In this document: in pieces, positions 55,897 to 64,000 of the stretch
Layout: every line of letters begins with the position of its first letter
Position numbering within the stretch: the first letter of the stretch is position 1
DNA from: a virus
Taxonomy: Duplodnaviria; Caudoviricetes
IMG/VR virus record: IMGVR_UViG_3300010340_001609
Location: 28,325 to 92,324 of that record
Strand: one strand, 5' to 3'
Length of the DNA stretch: 64,000 nucleotides
Program-made: the position numbers and the translations under genes
The notes under the pieces: generated by a model
Databases searched by the model: none
Told to the model about the DNA's origin: nothing
What the model saw: only the letters and a program-made list of their open reading frames with translations

Positions 55897-56178
55897 TCAA
55901 TTACTTACTTTTTCAAAATCATCAAATTCTGATAATTCTTCTGCGGCAACCCAACCCCTATTTTTTGTTAAGAATTTATGATCTTTTGTACAAGAAATTT
56001 TCGTACCGTCTTCAAATTCAAGATTAATAATTTCTTCATCTACTTCATAATCCCATAATTCAAGAACTTGCTGAATACTTCCATCATGAGTATAAACATA
56101 ATCTTCTGTTTTTATATCTTTAATTGCTACATATCGATTTTTTTCTGGTCTATGAATTTTTGTCTCTGGCAGAAAACA
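55897..56178 (-). mobile_element. Split intein 1, N-half
   Basis: Block A CFLPETKI; block B ISCTKDHKFL; ends at a stop with no block F/G. Confidence 0.92.
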
Positions 56179-57741
56179 GCCGCGGCCTGCACCAAGTAAC
56201 ATTTTTTTTCCAATTAATGCTAGACTTTGAGAACATGTCAAAAAATATCTTGATAATTTTAAGTGTCTAATAACATCCAATTCTTCCATTGCTCTGTCAA
56301 CATAGACTGAATCATTCAATTTTCCTTTAGATTCTAAACCTTTTATGGTTAAATCTACAAGTTCATTAAAACTTATCTCTTCTTCAGATAAGCCAGTGTT
56401 TTTTAATTCTTCTAATTTGTTTTTGTCTAAGAGTTTAGCTAAACTAGGAAGTTTTGGAGATTTATCAAATGTTATTTTTTCATTTATACTACTATGGGCA
56501 ATATCATGTGTTCTTTCAATCGCGTCGCAAACAAGATCATGATATTCTTCATTATAAATTAATGGATATTCTTTAATACAATAATTTTCATATGCAGACC
56601 ACATTTGGTCTGCATTTTTTGGATATAATTCACAGTCTAATTCGGAAATTTTTTGGGGAATAATAGAAGGGTCAATTTCCTTAATTTTTTCTGATGTCAT
56701 TTTAGACATTATTTTATAAATTATTCTTTCCTTCCAGTGATCAGGATTTGGATAGTGACAATCCGCAGAAGCAATTAATTTTACACCAGTTTTTTTAGAT
56801 AACTCAATTAAATGATAATTTAAAATATGCTGATATGGGAGTTTGTTAAACTGCAATTCTAAAAAGAAATTGTCTTTACCATGTAAAGCATCCACAAACT
56901 TATCAGTTAAATTTTTCAATTCTTCTTGAATTATATCGAATTTATAATTTTTTAATATTTGAATTGAATCTGAATAGTCTGAACTGTCAATTTGTAATTC
57001 ACTATAATGTTTAATAAGAATTTTATTGTGCAAATTTCCTAAACAAGCGCTACTCCCTATAATATTTCCATTAGAATTTGCTTTTAGCATATCAAAATCA
57101 ATTCTTGGAAAATAATAAAAGCCATCTTTATAAGAAAGAGATGTAAGTTTAAATAAACTTTGAAGCCCCTTCGTATTTTTAGCAAGTAAAACAAGATGAC
57201 TTCTTGATCTTAATGGATCTTGCTGTTTATAAGATTTCGTCTCTTCTTCATTTTCAACAACAGTGGTTTCTTCATTTCCCTCTTTTGAGGGATCTAAAAT
57301 TAGGACAGTGTTGTCAATATGTTCTTGTATTTCATTTAATCGAGATTCTTCTATAGGATCTTGAATAAGAAGAATATTTTTATCAGTTTTATCAACTTTA
57401 GTTTTTGCCGCTTTTTTTAACTTTTTCTTTTCTTCTTTTTCTAATTCTTTTGCTTGTTTTAACTGTTCCCACTCTTTTAAACTGGGGACAAAATAGGATT
57501 CAATTCCATAGATGGGTTTGAATTTATTCCCGCTCTTTTCTAATGCCTCTGCATACTTGTATGCGTGTGAAAACGTATTCATGTTTCCATGATCTGTGAT
57601 TGCGTGAGCATCTAGACCATTTTCTTCCGCAAACTTAAAATGGTCTGGCGGAAGCCCAATTGCATCTCCTATACTACCATTAGAGTGCGCATGAAGATTT
57701 ACATATTTCTTAGGTTTTTTCATTTTATTTTTAATCCACAA
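55897..57741 (-). CDS. dnaE: DnaE fragment 1 of 5: PHP domain and palm start (about 515-521 aa) plus IntN1 (93 aa)
   Basis: NLHAHS, AITDHGNM, GIESY, HLVLLAKN..G, GFYYFPRID, SACLG, ADCHY, LGAGRG|CFLPETKI...CTKDHKFLT.NRGW. Confidence 0.94.
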   Translation of the reverse strand: MWIKNKMKKPKKYVNLHAHSNGSIGDAIGLPPDHFKFAEENGLDAHAITDHGNMNTFSHAYKYAEALEKSGNKFKPIYGIESYFVPSLKEWEQLKQAKELEKEEKKKLKKAAKTKVDKTDKNILLIQDPIEESRLNEIQEHIDNTVLILDPSKEGNEETTVVENEEETKSYKQQDPLRSRSHLVLLAKNTKGLQSLFKLTSLSYKDGFYYFPRIDFDMLKANSNGNIIGSSACLGNLHNKILIKHYSELQIDSSDYSDSIQILKNYKFDIIQEELKNLTDKFVDALHGKDNFFLELQFNKLPYQHILNYHLIELSKKTGVKLIASADCHYPNPDHWKERIIYKIMSKMTSEKIKEIDPSIIPQKISELDCELYPKNADQMWSAYENYCIKEYPLIYNEEYHDLVCDAIERTHDIAHSSINEKITFDKSPKLPSLAKLLDKNKLEELKNTGLSEEEISFNELVDLTIKGLESKGKLNDSVYVDRAMEELDVIRHLKLSRYFLTCSQSLALIGKKMLLGAGRGCFLPETKIHRPEKNRYVAIKDIKTEDYVYTHDGSIQQVLELWDYEVDEEIINLEFEDGTKISCTKDHKFLTKNRGWVAAEELSEFDDFEKVSN

Positions 57742-58000
57742 ACTCCAGTTGTTCAGGTGTTACTAACTCAATATCAAGTTGATTTCTTTCTATATCATAA
57801 ACTAACCTTACATCAATAAACCAATAATCATTTAACGGCTCAATGGAGCGATGATAAGAAACTATATTGTCTAATTTTTGATTCATTAACTGTATTAATG
57901 AAGTAGTTACCATACTACCAGCAAATTCCTTATGAATTTCTGTACTATAAAAAGTTAATAGTTTCATAAGAAACATTCTATTTATTTTTATTTTTTTCAT
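57731..58000 (-). CDS. Hypothetical protein
   Basis: 89-aa ORF. Confidence 0.45.
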   Translation of the reverse strand: MKKIKINRMFLMKLLTFYSTEIHKEFAGSMVTTSLIQLMNQKLDNIVSYHRSIEPLNDYWFIDVRLVYDIERNQLDIELVTPEQLEFVD

Positions 58001-58015
58001 TGGTTGTCTTTTATA

Positions 58016-58756
58016 TTATTTACCGTAATGTAGAAACTTGAGCTTTTCATCATGAACTAAATTACAATATTTTTCATCATTGAATATTGTAGTCAACAAA
58101 TTTTCTTTTCCGTTGAGAATACATTTGTTTTTGATCATTCTTAATCCATGAGAATAATCGACATAAGATACAATATGGTCAATAGCGTTTAAATTTTGAA
58201 TTATTGTTCCATCAGCATTAAACCAGCCAAATATTGCAACATTATTCGCGTATTTTTTATTTGTTAAAATGTTTGTCAAAACAACATCTTTTTTATGTCC
58301 AGCAACCAGATCACCTTGATTGTAACTTAAATTACTAAGTTGTTCCTGAATTTTGTTTGAGTGATCTAAAAAACATTTAGTAGAATCTCTATTATATTTT
58401 TTTTCTTGATTTTTATAAAGCTCTCCCCAAGATATTGCTCGGGGTTTTATTTTAGATGCAAAATAAATTTGTCTGACCATTTTTGGAGTTGGCAACAGAT
58501 AGTCATTCATAACCATATATTCGCGCGCTGTCAATGGAGACATTGGACAATGCATCCACTCATTTGAATCCGCAAGTGAAAGATAATCATTTGAAACAAA
58601 GTATTCCAAGGTATTACTTTCATCTCTTGTTTCGATTTTGGTAAACCCAAAATCTAAATCTTTTTTAGATAAAAGAAAAGACCTTATCTGTTCTTCTCTT
58701 TTATTTTGAGTTGGAGAATTAGATAAGGTCTGAAAAATTTTATTTGTTATTTCCAT
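58016..58756 (-). CDS. Hypothetical enzyme-like protein
   Basis: Motif-like blocks DYLSL, LPTPKMV, LVAGHKKDVV, VAIFGW, H..SYVDYSHGLRMI; TATTTA upstream. Confidence 0.55.
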   Translation of the reverse strand: MEITNKIFQTLSNSPTQNKREEQIRSFLLSKKDLDFGFTKIETRDESNTLEYFVSNDYLSLADSNEWMHCPMSPLTAREYMVMNDYLLPTPKMVRQIYFASKIKPRAISWGELYKNQEKKYNRDSTKCFLDHSNKIQEQLSNLSYNQGDLVAGHKKDVVLTNILTNKKYANNVAIFGWFNADGTIIQNLNAIDHIVSYVDYSHGLRMIKNKCILNGKENLLTTIFNDEKYCNLVHDEKLKFLHYGK

Positions 58757-58780
58757 TAACTTAAATATTAAGTTAAATAA

Positions 58781-60556
58781 TCAACCTTCACAAGCTTTGC
58801 ATTCATCAATACTTCTAAAATATGGTTTTTCAGCAGAAGAAGATTCTTGCTGGTCAACAGTTTTTCTTTCGTACTCTCTGGAGCCCGAATCACCTTTAAG
58901 TGGCGATGATGTTCTACAATAATATAATGTATTCAAACCTTCTTTCCAGGCTTGAACATGTACTTCATGAAAATATTTTGGATCAACATTTGAAGGGAAG
59001 AAAAGGTTAATAGATTGACCCTGATCGATCCAACGCTGGCGTTGTCCTGCTAATTTAATAATTGTAAATTGATTTATTTCTCTTGCTGTTGCAAATACTT
59101 CTTTTTCCTCGTCAGTTAAAAATGAAAGATGTTGAACACTGCCTTGATTTGAAGTAATGGAATTCCACACATCATCAGTATTTTTTCCCTTTTCTTCAAG
59201 TAAGATTTTTAATTCTTCATTCTTAGTAATGAAAGTGCCTTTTGCAGATTTTTTTGCAAAAACATTCGCTGTCCATGGCTCAATGGAAGGTGAAACATTG
59301 CCTGAAATTGTACTATTGGATACAGTTGGCGCTAATGCTATTCTATGGGTATTTCTCACTCCATAACCTTTACACCATTCTGGTTCACCATATTCTTTTG
59401 CCAAATCTTGAGAAGCTCTTAAAGACTCTTTATCCATGTTTCTGAATATTTCAGCATTTAACATAAATGTATCAATGTGGTCAAATGGAATTCTTCTTTT
59501 TTGTAATAAAGTGTGGAATCCTAACAATCCAAGACCAAGCGCTCTAGATTTTTCGGCAAACCTAACAGATCGTTCGAACCCAGGTTTACCCTTAGCCTTA
59601 TCAATAAATTCTTGCATAATTCCATCTAGAAACCAAATGGAAGTATAAACAAGATCGGTGTCTTTCCATTCATCATATTTTGCAGCGTTTAATGATGATA
59701 AACAACATACAAATGAATGGTCTGCATCAGTATGCAATAAAATCTCGCAGCAAATATTTGAACCTTTAACATCTAAATTAAGATCTTTGTAAATTTTTGG
59801 ACGATTTTTTGCAACATTATCAGAAAAAAACATATAAGGCTCACCAGTTTCATGTCTGGTTTTAAGTGTTTCAACCCACAACTTTCTAGCTTTTTCATCT
59901 TTTTTATTTAGGACTCTATCCATGAAATCATCTGAAATAGAAAATCCATGATGAGTATTCAAAGATTGTCTGTTGACATCTCCTTGAGGTTTACGAATAT
60001 TAATAAATTCTTCCGCATCACCATGATCTATTGAAAGATAAGACGCTGAAGCTCCTCTTCGAACTCCTCCCTGAGAAACCCCAACTGTTGTAGAATCTTG
60101 TATTTTTAAAAATGGAACGACCCCATCTGATTTTCCATTTCCATTTGAAATTTTACTTCCTCTAGAGCGAACATCATTCCAATGCATCCCAACACCACCA
60201 CCATGCTTGCTAAGCAGAGCTAATTCAGTTATTGAATCCATGATTTCTTTAATAGAATCTCCAACATAAACAGAAAAGCAACTTATTGGCAGTCCTCTTT
60301 CTGTACCTATATTTGAACACACAGGAGATGCTGGGCATAGCCAACCATTCCACATATAATCAAAAAATTTTGATTCAAGTTCTGGTTTTTTTAGCTTTTC
60401 TGCGACAGTTTTAGCAATACGTCTATACATATCTTTTGGCTCTTCGCCATTAAGAAGATATCCACCTTTTAAAGTTGAATAACCTTCGCTGGTTTGCCAC
60501 TCAGGCACAAGTCCTTCGTTTTTTAAGTCTTCTAATGATTTCTTTTTTTTATCCAT
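58781..60556 (-). CDS. nrdA: Class I ribonucleotide reductase alpha subunit (no ATP cone)
   Basis: PASPV, LPISCF, GGGVG, RRGA, GEPY, GSNICCEI, APTVSNS, IDQGQSINL, LYYCR, C-terminal CKACEG. Confidence 0.95.
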   Translation of the reverse strand: MDKKKKSLEDLKNEGLVPEWQTSEGYSTLKGGYLLNGEEPKDMYRRIAKTVAEKLKKPELESKFFDYMWNGWLCPASPVCSNIGTERGLPISCFSVYVGDSIKEIMDSITELALLSKHGGGVGMHWNDVRSRGSKISNGNGKSDGVVPFLKIQDSTTVGVSQGGVRRGASASYLSIDHGDAEEFINIRKPQGDVNRQSLNTHHGFSISDDFMDRVLNKKDEKARKLWVETLKTRHETGEPYMFFSDNVAKNRPKIYKDLNLDVKGSNICCEILLHTDADHSFVCCLSSLNAAKYDEWKDTDLVYTSIWFLDGIMQEFIDKAKGKPGFERSVRFAEKSRALGLGLLGFHTLLQKRRIPFDHIDTFMLNAEIFRNMDKESLRASQDLAKEYGEPEWCKGYGVRNTHRIALAPTVSNSTISGNVSPSIEPWTANVFAKKSAKGTFITKNEELKILLEEKGKNTDDVWNSITSNQGSVQHLSFLTDEEKEVFATAREINQFTIIKLAGQRQRWIDQGQSINLFFPSNVDPKYFHEVHVQAWKEGLNTLYYCRTSSPLKGDSGSREYERKTVDQQESSSAEKPYFRSIDECKACEG

Positions 60557-60575
60557 ATTTCTTTACTTCTTTGCT

Positions 60576-62504
60576 TTATTCTTCGAAGATTTTACTAAAA
60601 TCTACAACACCTTTTCCATAAGCAGTTTCTCTGTTTTGGAAAAAATCAGTTTGAGAAACTCCTTGTGAGAGTGCATCAAACCAAGCCATTCTTTTTAAAG
60701 AATCTTGATCAATATTTTTCCAATTTGTTTTGCATAAAACTTCTCCAAGTTTTACATTTGCTCTGTGTCGAATAAACTGTTTGATATCATGAATAGAAAT
60801 ACCTTCTATTTCTCCATGCTCAAAAACTTTATCAATAAATGCATCTTCTAATTTTATCGTTTCTCTTGCCGCCTCATAAATTTTTTCTTTAACATCATCA
60901 GTCCAAATTTCTGGATTTTCTTTTATTAAAGTTCTAAATAACCAAGTTCCAGCTTGAGAATGTAGTGACTCATCTAATATAGACCAATTGATAATTTGTG
61001 ACAATCCTTTTAGTTTATTAAATCTAGAAAAATTAAAAAGGATTGCGAAACTTGAAAACAGTGAGACTCCTTCTGTAAAAGCAGAAAAAATAGCTAACGA
61101 TGTTGCAATTTCTTTCAGGTCTTTTGTATTTGTATCAATATCAACAAGTCTGTCTATTTTAGATTTTGCAGTTGGTTCTTGTAAAAATGCATCATAATCT
61201 TTCAAATCTAAACTATCATTTAAATAAGCATATGCAACTGTATGAATAGTATTTCCAGTAAATGCTACTTTTTTATTTCTTCTTGAAATAATATTTTGAG
61301 TTGGAACAGAGACACAATAAACTTTATCATTATAAAACACTTCTTTTTTATTTGGATAAGTTTTTTCAGTTTGATTTGAAAATGATACGCAATAATAATC
61401 TTTTGCAGTTTTTGGGTTTTTTCCGTTAGGCAATAGACATTCTAAAGCTTGTTCTTTCGTTCTATTTATAGAAATATTAGCTGAAATGTTTCCTAAAACT
61501 GAAACAGCCTGAACAAAATTAACAGCTTTTATGTTTGTATTATACCAATTTTTGCCAGATCCATCCCAAAAAATTAATTCTTCAATAAAAGCTTTAGCTT
61601 TTGTTGTTGAAAATTCTTTCAAATCAAATAATTCAAATGTTTTGACTTTTTCTATATCAATATTATCATTCAACGTAAATGTGAAATTAACAAAATCATT
61701 TTCAGTTTTTCGTTTTGAATATGAAATATTTAAATCGTTTAAAATATTTTCTAATCTTTTTATTTTTCTTTCTTTTTTTAAAGAAAAATCACAAGTTTTC
61801 CAACTTAATTTACTTTTTGGACATAAACCACGAAGCGTAGCATCTGCTTGTATTGCAATTAAAAGTCTTTCTAACGAAGACAGAGATGAACTTTCACCTG
61901 ATGAAAAACCTGCATTAGGATAAAGAAAATTTCTTCCCCATTTTCCTTCCATTGATTTTTTCTTTTTAGCTTTCCGAGTAGAAGGATTAATTAAAATTAA
62001 GTCGTGATTTGGAGTCACACAAATATCAGTTGTTTTTGATTTATAATAATGTAATTTACCATTGTAATCATAATTTACAACTTTTAAAGGATGTACAAAA
62101 GTTATGTTTTTTGTATTAATATCATACTGTGCAATTAAGTCTTTAATAGATAATTCTGAAACATTTTTCCATCCAGTTGATGTTAACAACTCAGTTTCTT
62201 TGTCAAAACATTCAAAAGACCCAAACGTTGCAGCCATCATTTGAATTTCTGGATGAGGGAACCATTTTGAAACCTTGGAGGCCCAGTAATCTTCAACAAT
62301 TAATTCTGTTTGAATAAATCCCTTCAAAACACCTGCAATTACAGATTTTTCCGATGCTGTTAAATTTAATTTCCAATCTTGAATATCGCTAGACATAACA
62401 ACTTCAAAAGGAAGCCAGTGGCTTTGTTGTTGTTTAAGCCAAAACTCATAAGCTTTTTCATAGTGAAAGGGTTTGTATGTAATTCGTTTTTCTGTGATTG
62501 ACAT
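60576..62504 (-). CDS. nrdB: Ribonucleotide reductase beta subunit interrupted by a cis intein
   Basis: WLPFEV..SSD..DW, FE|intein|TIH..AY, EGVSLFSSF, DESLH, DFFQNR. Confidence 0.93.
   Translation of the reverse strand: MSITEKRITYKPFHYEKAYEFWLKQQQSHWLPFEVVMSSDIQDWKLNLTASEKSVIAGVLKGFIQTELIVEDYWASKVSKWFPHPEIQMMAATFGSFECFDKETELLTSTGWKNVSELSIKDLIAQYDINTKNITFVHPLKVVNYDYNGKLHYYKSKTTDICVTPNHDLILINPSTRKAKKKKSMEGKWGRNFLYPNAGFSSGESSSLSSLERLLIAIQADATLRGLCPKSKLSWKTCDFSLKKERKIKRLENILNDLNISYSKRKTENDFVNFTFTLNDNIDIEKVKTFELFDLKEFSTTKAKAFIEELIFWDGSGKNWYNTNIKAVNFVQAVSVLGNISANISINRTKEQALECLLPNGKNPKTAKDYYCVSFSNQTEKTYPNKKEVFYNDKVYCVSVPTQNIISRRNKKVAFTGNTIHTVAYAYLNDSLDLKDYDAFLQEPTAKSKIDRLVDIDTNTKDLKEIATSLAIFSAFTEGVSLFSSFAILFNFSRFNKLKGLSQIINWSILDESLHSQAGTWLFRTLIKENPEIWTDDVKEKIYEAARETIKLEDAFIDKVFEHGEIEGISIHDIKQFIRHRANVKLGEVLCKTNWKNIDQDSLKRMAWFDALSQGVSQTDFFQNRETAYGKGVVDFSKIFEE
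61251..62210 (-). mobile_element. Contiguous intein (320 aa) with LAGLIDADG-like endonuclease region in nrdB
   Basis: CFDKETELL, VTPNHDL, AIQADA and ELIFWDGS LAGLIDADG-like helices, VYCVSV...FTGN|T. Confidence 0.9.
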
Positions 62505-62521
62505 ATTATTTATCTCTTTTT

Positions 62522-63961
62522 TTATTCGTTAAAAACATCTTTAACATCGCTATTCATTTCTTTAATTTGTTTTTGTTTATCTTTTAAGAAATTTTTCAGT
62601 TCAGATTTTTTATTGCCTGAACTCACAGCTTGTTTTGTGATTAAATCTTTCGATGTGTTTTCCACACCATCTGATTCATCTATTACCGTAACAGTTGATT
62701 TTGCAGTGTCCAACATGATGTTGAAGGTTCTATCTTTAACACCCATTCTGTTTTTTGCAACATGCAAAGTGCCATATCCACCTTTTTGAAAAAGACCTAG
62801 AATAAAATCCGCTTCGGCTGCTTGAGCATATGATTCTGCAAGGTTAGTTTCGTCTACAACACCAGTTTTTGTACCATCTTTGTTTGATTGCAACGCTGTC
62901 CAAATTGGACAACCCATTTCTTTTGCTAAGGCTCTAAGCTCTCTAATGATTAATTGAAGTTCAATTCTTGTGTGTTCATGTTTTTCAGTACTTCGAACAA
63001 GTGCGGCATAATCAACAATAATCACATCTGGTTTTAAGTTTTTATAAGCCATTTTTTCTATAAATGATCTTAATGTTCCAACAGTAGGAACGCCAGATGG
63101 ATATTCTTTTATAATCAATTTTCCAAGAACGCCATTCGCTTTCAATTCTTCTATTTCACCTCTAACAATATCTTTATTTTCTTCCAAATCAGAACAGTTT
63201 ATCTTTGTTATATAACTGTCATATCTTAAAGCAACATATTCTTCTGGCATTTCCATAGTGAAATGAAAAACTGTCTTTTCTCTTAAAAGAGCTTCGGCAC
63301 CAAACTGAATAAGTAAGTGAGATTTACCATGATTCGTGGGAGCTACAACAATGCCAATTTCTTTGGCAGCCAAACCACCATTTAATATGGTTTTTTGATC
63401 TATTTCAGCAATGCCTGTGGAAATAGGAACTCTTGCTTCTTTCGAATATCTTCTATCAAATTCTTCCGTATAGTCCAGACCTTGACTTTGTGTAATTCCA
63501 AAACTTGATACTTCTTTTATTTTTTGAACTACTAAATCATAATTTCCTTGATCAACATAAGAAGTTGCTTCAAGTACAGTCTGATATGTTTTTTGTTTTT
63601 TACACCAATCCAAAGCTTTTTCTTTGGCATATTTTAGATCACTTAGATGCTTGTTTGCTTTAACATCATTTAAAAACATTTCAACTCTAGATTTAATTGA
63701 AATATCATCATTAAATGATTCATTTACCATTGAGGCTAATAAATCAACGGATGGAAATTCTTTATATTTTTGGTGATGCTTCACATATAGTTTCGATAAT
63801 GCTTGCAAGTGCATTGAGTCTTCGTCAAAAAAATCTGGGGAAAATACTTCTAAGAACCCTCCCGCCCAATCTTTATCCACAATCATGGCTTGCATGATTC
63901 TTTCTTGCATTGCTTGGTTCCAGTTATTATTCGAAAAAGAGGCTTGTGTTATTTCAGTCAT
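62522..63961 (-). CDS. dnaB: Replicative helicase (DnaB/gp41-like SF4)
   Basis: ISTGIAEID...GG, APTNHGKS Walker A, FTMEM, IKEYP, IIVDY, WTALQSN, AES, KNR. Confidence 0.88.
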   Translation of the reverse strand: MTEITQASFSNNNWNQAMQERIMQAMIVDKDWAGGFLEVFSPDFFDEDSMHLQALSKLYVKHHQKYKEFPSVDLLASMVNESFNDDISIKSRVEMFLNDVKANKHLSDLKYAKEKALDWCKKQKTYQTVLEATSYVDQGNYDLVVQKIKEVSSFGITQSQGLDYTEEFDRRYSKEARVPISTGIAEIDQKTILNGGLAAKEIGIVVAPTNHGKSHLLIQFGAEALLREKTVFHFTMEMPEEYVALRYDSYITKINCSDLEENKDIVRGEIEELKANGVLGKLIIKEYPSGVPTVGTLRSFIEKMAYKNLKPDVIIVDYAALVRSTEKHEHTRIELQLIIRELRALAKEMGCPIWTALQSNKDGTKTGVVDETNLAESYAQAAEADFILGLFQKGGYGTLHVAKNRMGVKDRTFNIMLDTAKSTVTVIDESDGVENTSKDLITKQAVSSGNKKSELKNFLKDKQKQIKEMNSDVKDVFNE

Positions 63962-64000
63962 GTTTTACTTTCTAGTTTTTTTTTTGATTTCCATTTAAAC

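Noticed and set aside
39755-57741. Group I/II introns as the explanation for the dnaE fragmentation
   Set aside because: Each break is flanked by intein blocks A/B and F/G at protein level, and the gaps are filled by overlapping ORFs with no room for a ribozyme core.
58756-58776. Inverted repeat TTAACTTAA-ATA-TTAAGTTAA as a terminator
   Set aside because: The stem is almost all A/T with no clear U tract, which is expected by chance at this composition.
1-64000. tRNA, rRNA or structured ncRNA genes
   Set aside because: No cloverleaf or T-loop signatures were noticed and intergenic spaces are very short. A covariance-model scan would be needed to exclude them formally.

Overview
A very AT-rich, gene-dense 64 kb segment of a large contractile-tailed (myovirus-like, probably jumbo) bacteriophage genome, read in the standard genetic code and mostly on the minus strand. 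It carries baseplate, spike, tape-measure and tail-fibre genes, a gp55-like late sigma factor with a candidate TANTTA late promoter motif, glycosyltransferases with gmd and FkbM, nucleotide metabolism genes (tdk, thyA, folA, nrdA, intein-containing nrdB), nascent-chain processing genes (def, map, pth2), a SWIM-SNF2 ATPase and a DnaB-like helicase. The main discovery is a family C (DnaE) DNA polymerase broken into five genes (57741-55897, 44979-44296, 44268-43591, 43149-41890, 40927-39755). Their ends carry four pairs of split-intein halves, so the roughly 1,300-aa enzyme would need four protein trans-splicing reactions. One junction lies between the two catalytic aspartates, one intein has an atypical 18-aa C-half, one has inverted charge polarity, and the first piece lies about 11 kb from the second. 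Other points of interest are a likely frameshift in the tail-chaperone gene, candidate capsid-packaged enzymes (three kinase-fold proteins, a GNAT and an SOD-like protein), a mosaic four-copy HREDGP gene array, and GC-rich sigma70 promoters. All assignments come from reading motifs by eye; no database searches were run.
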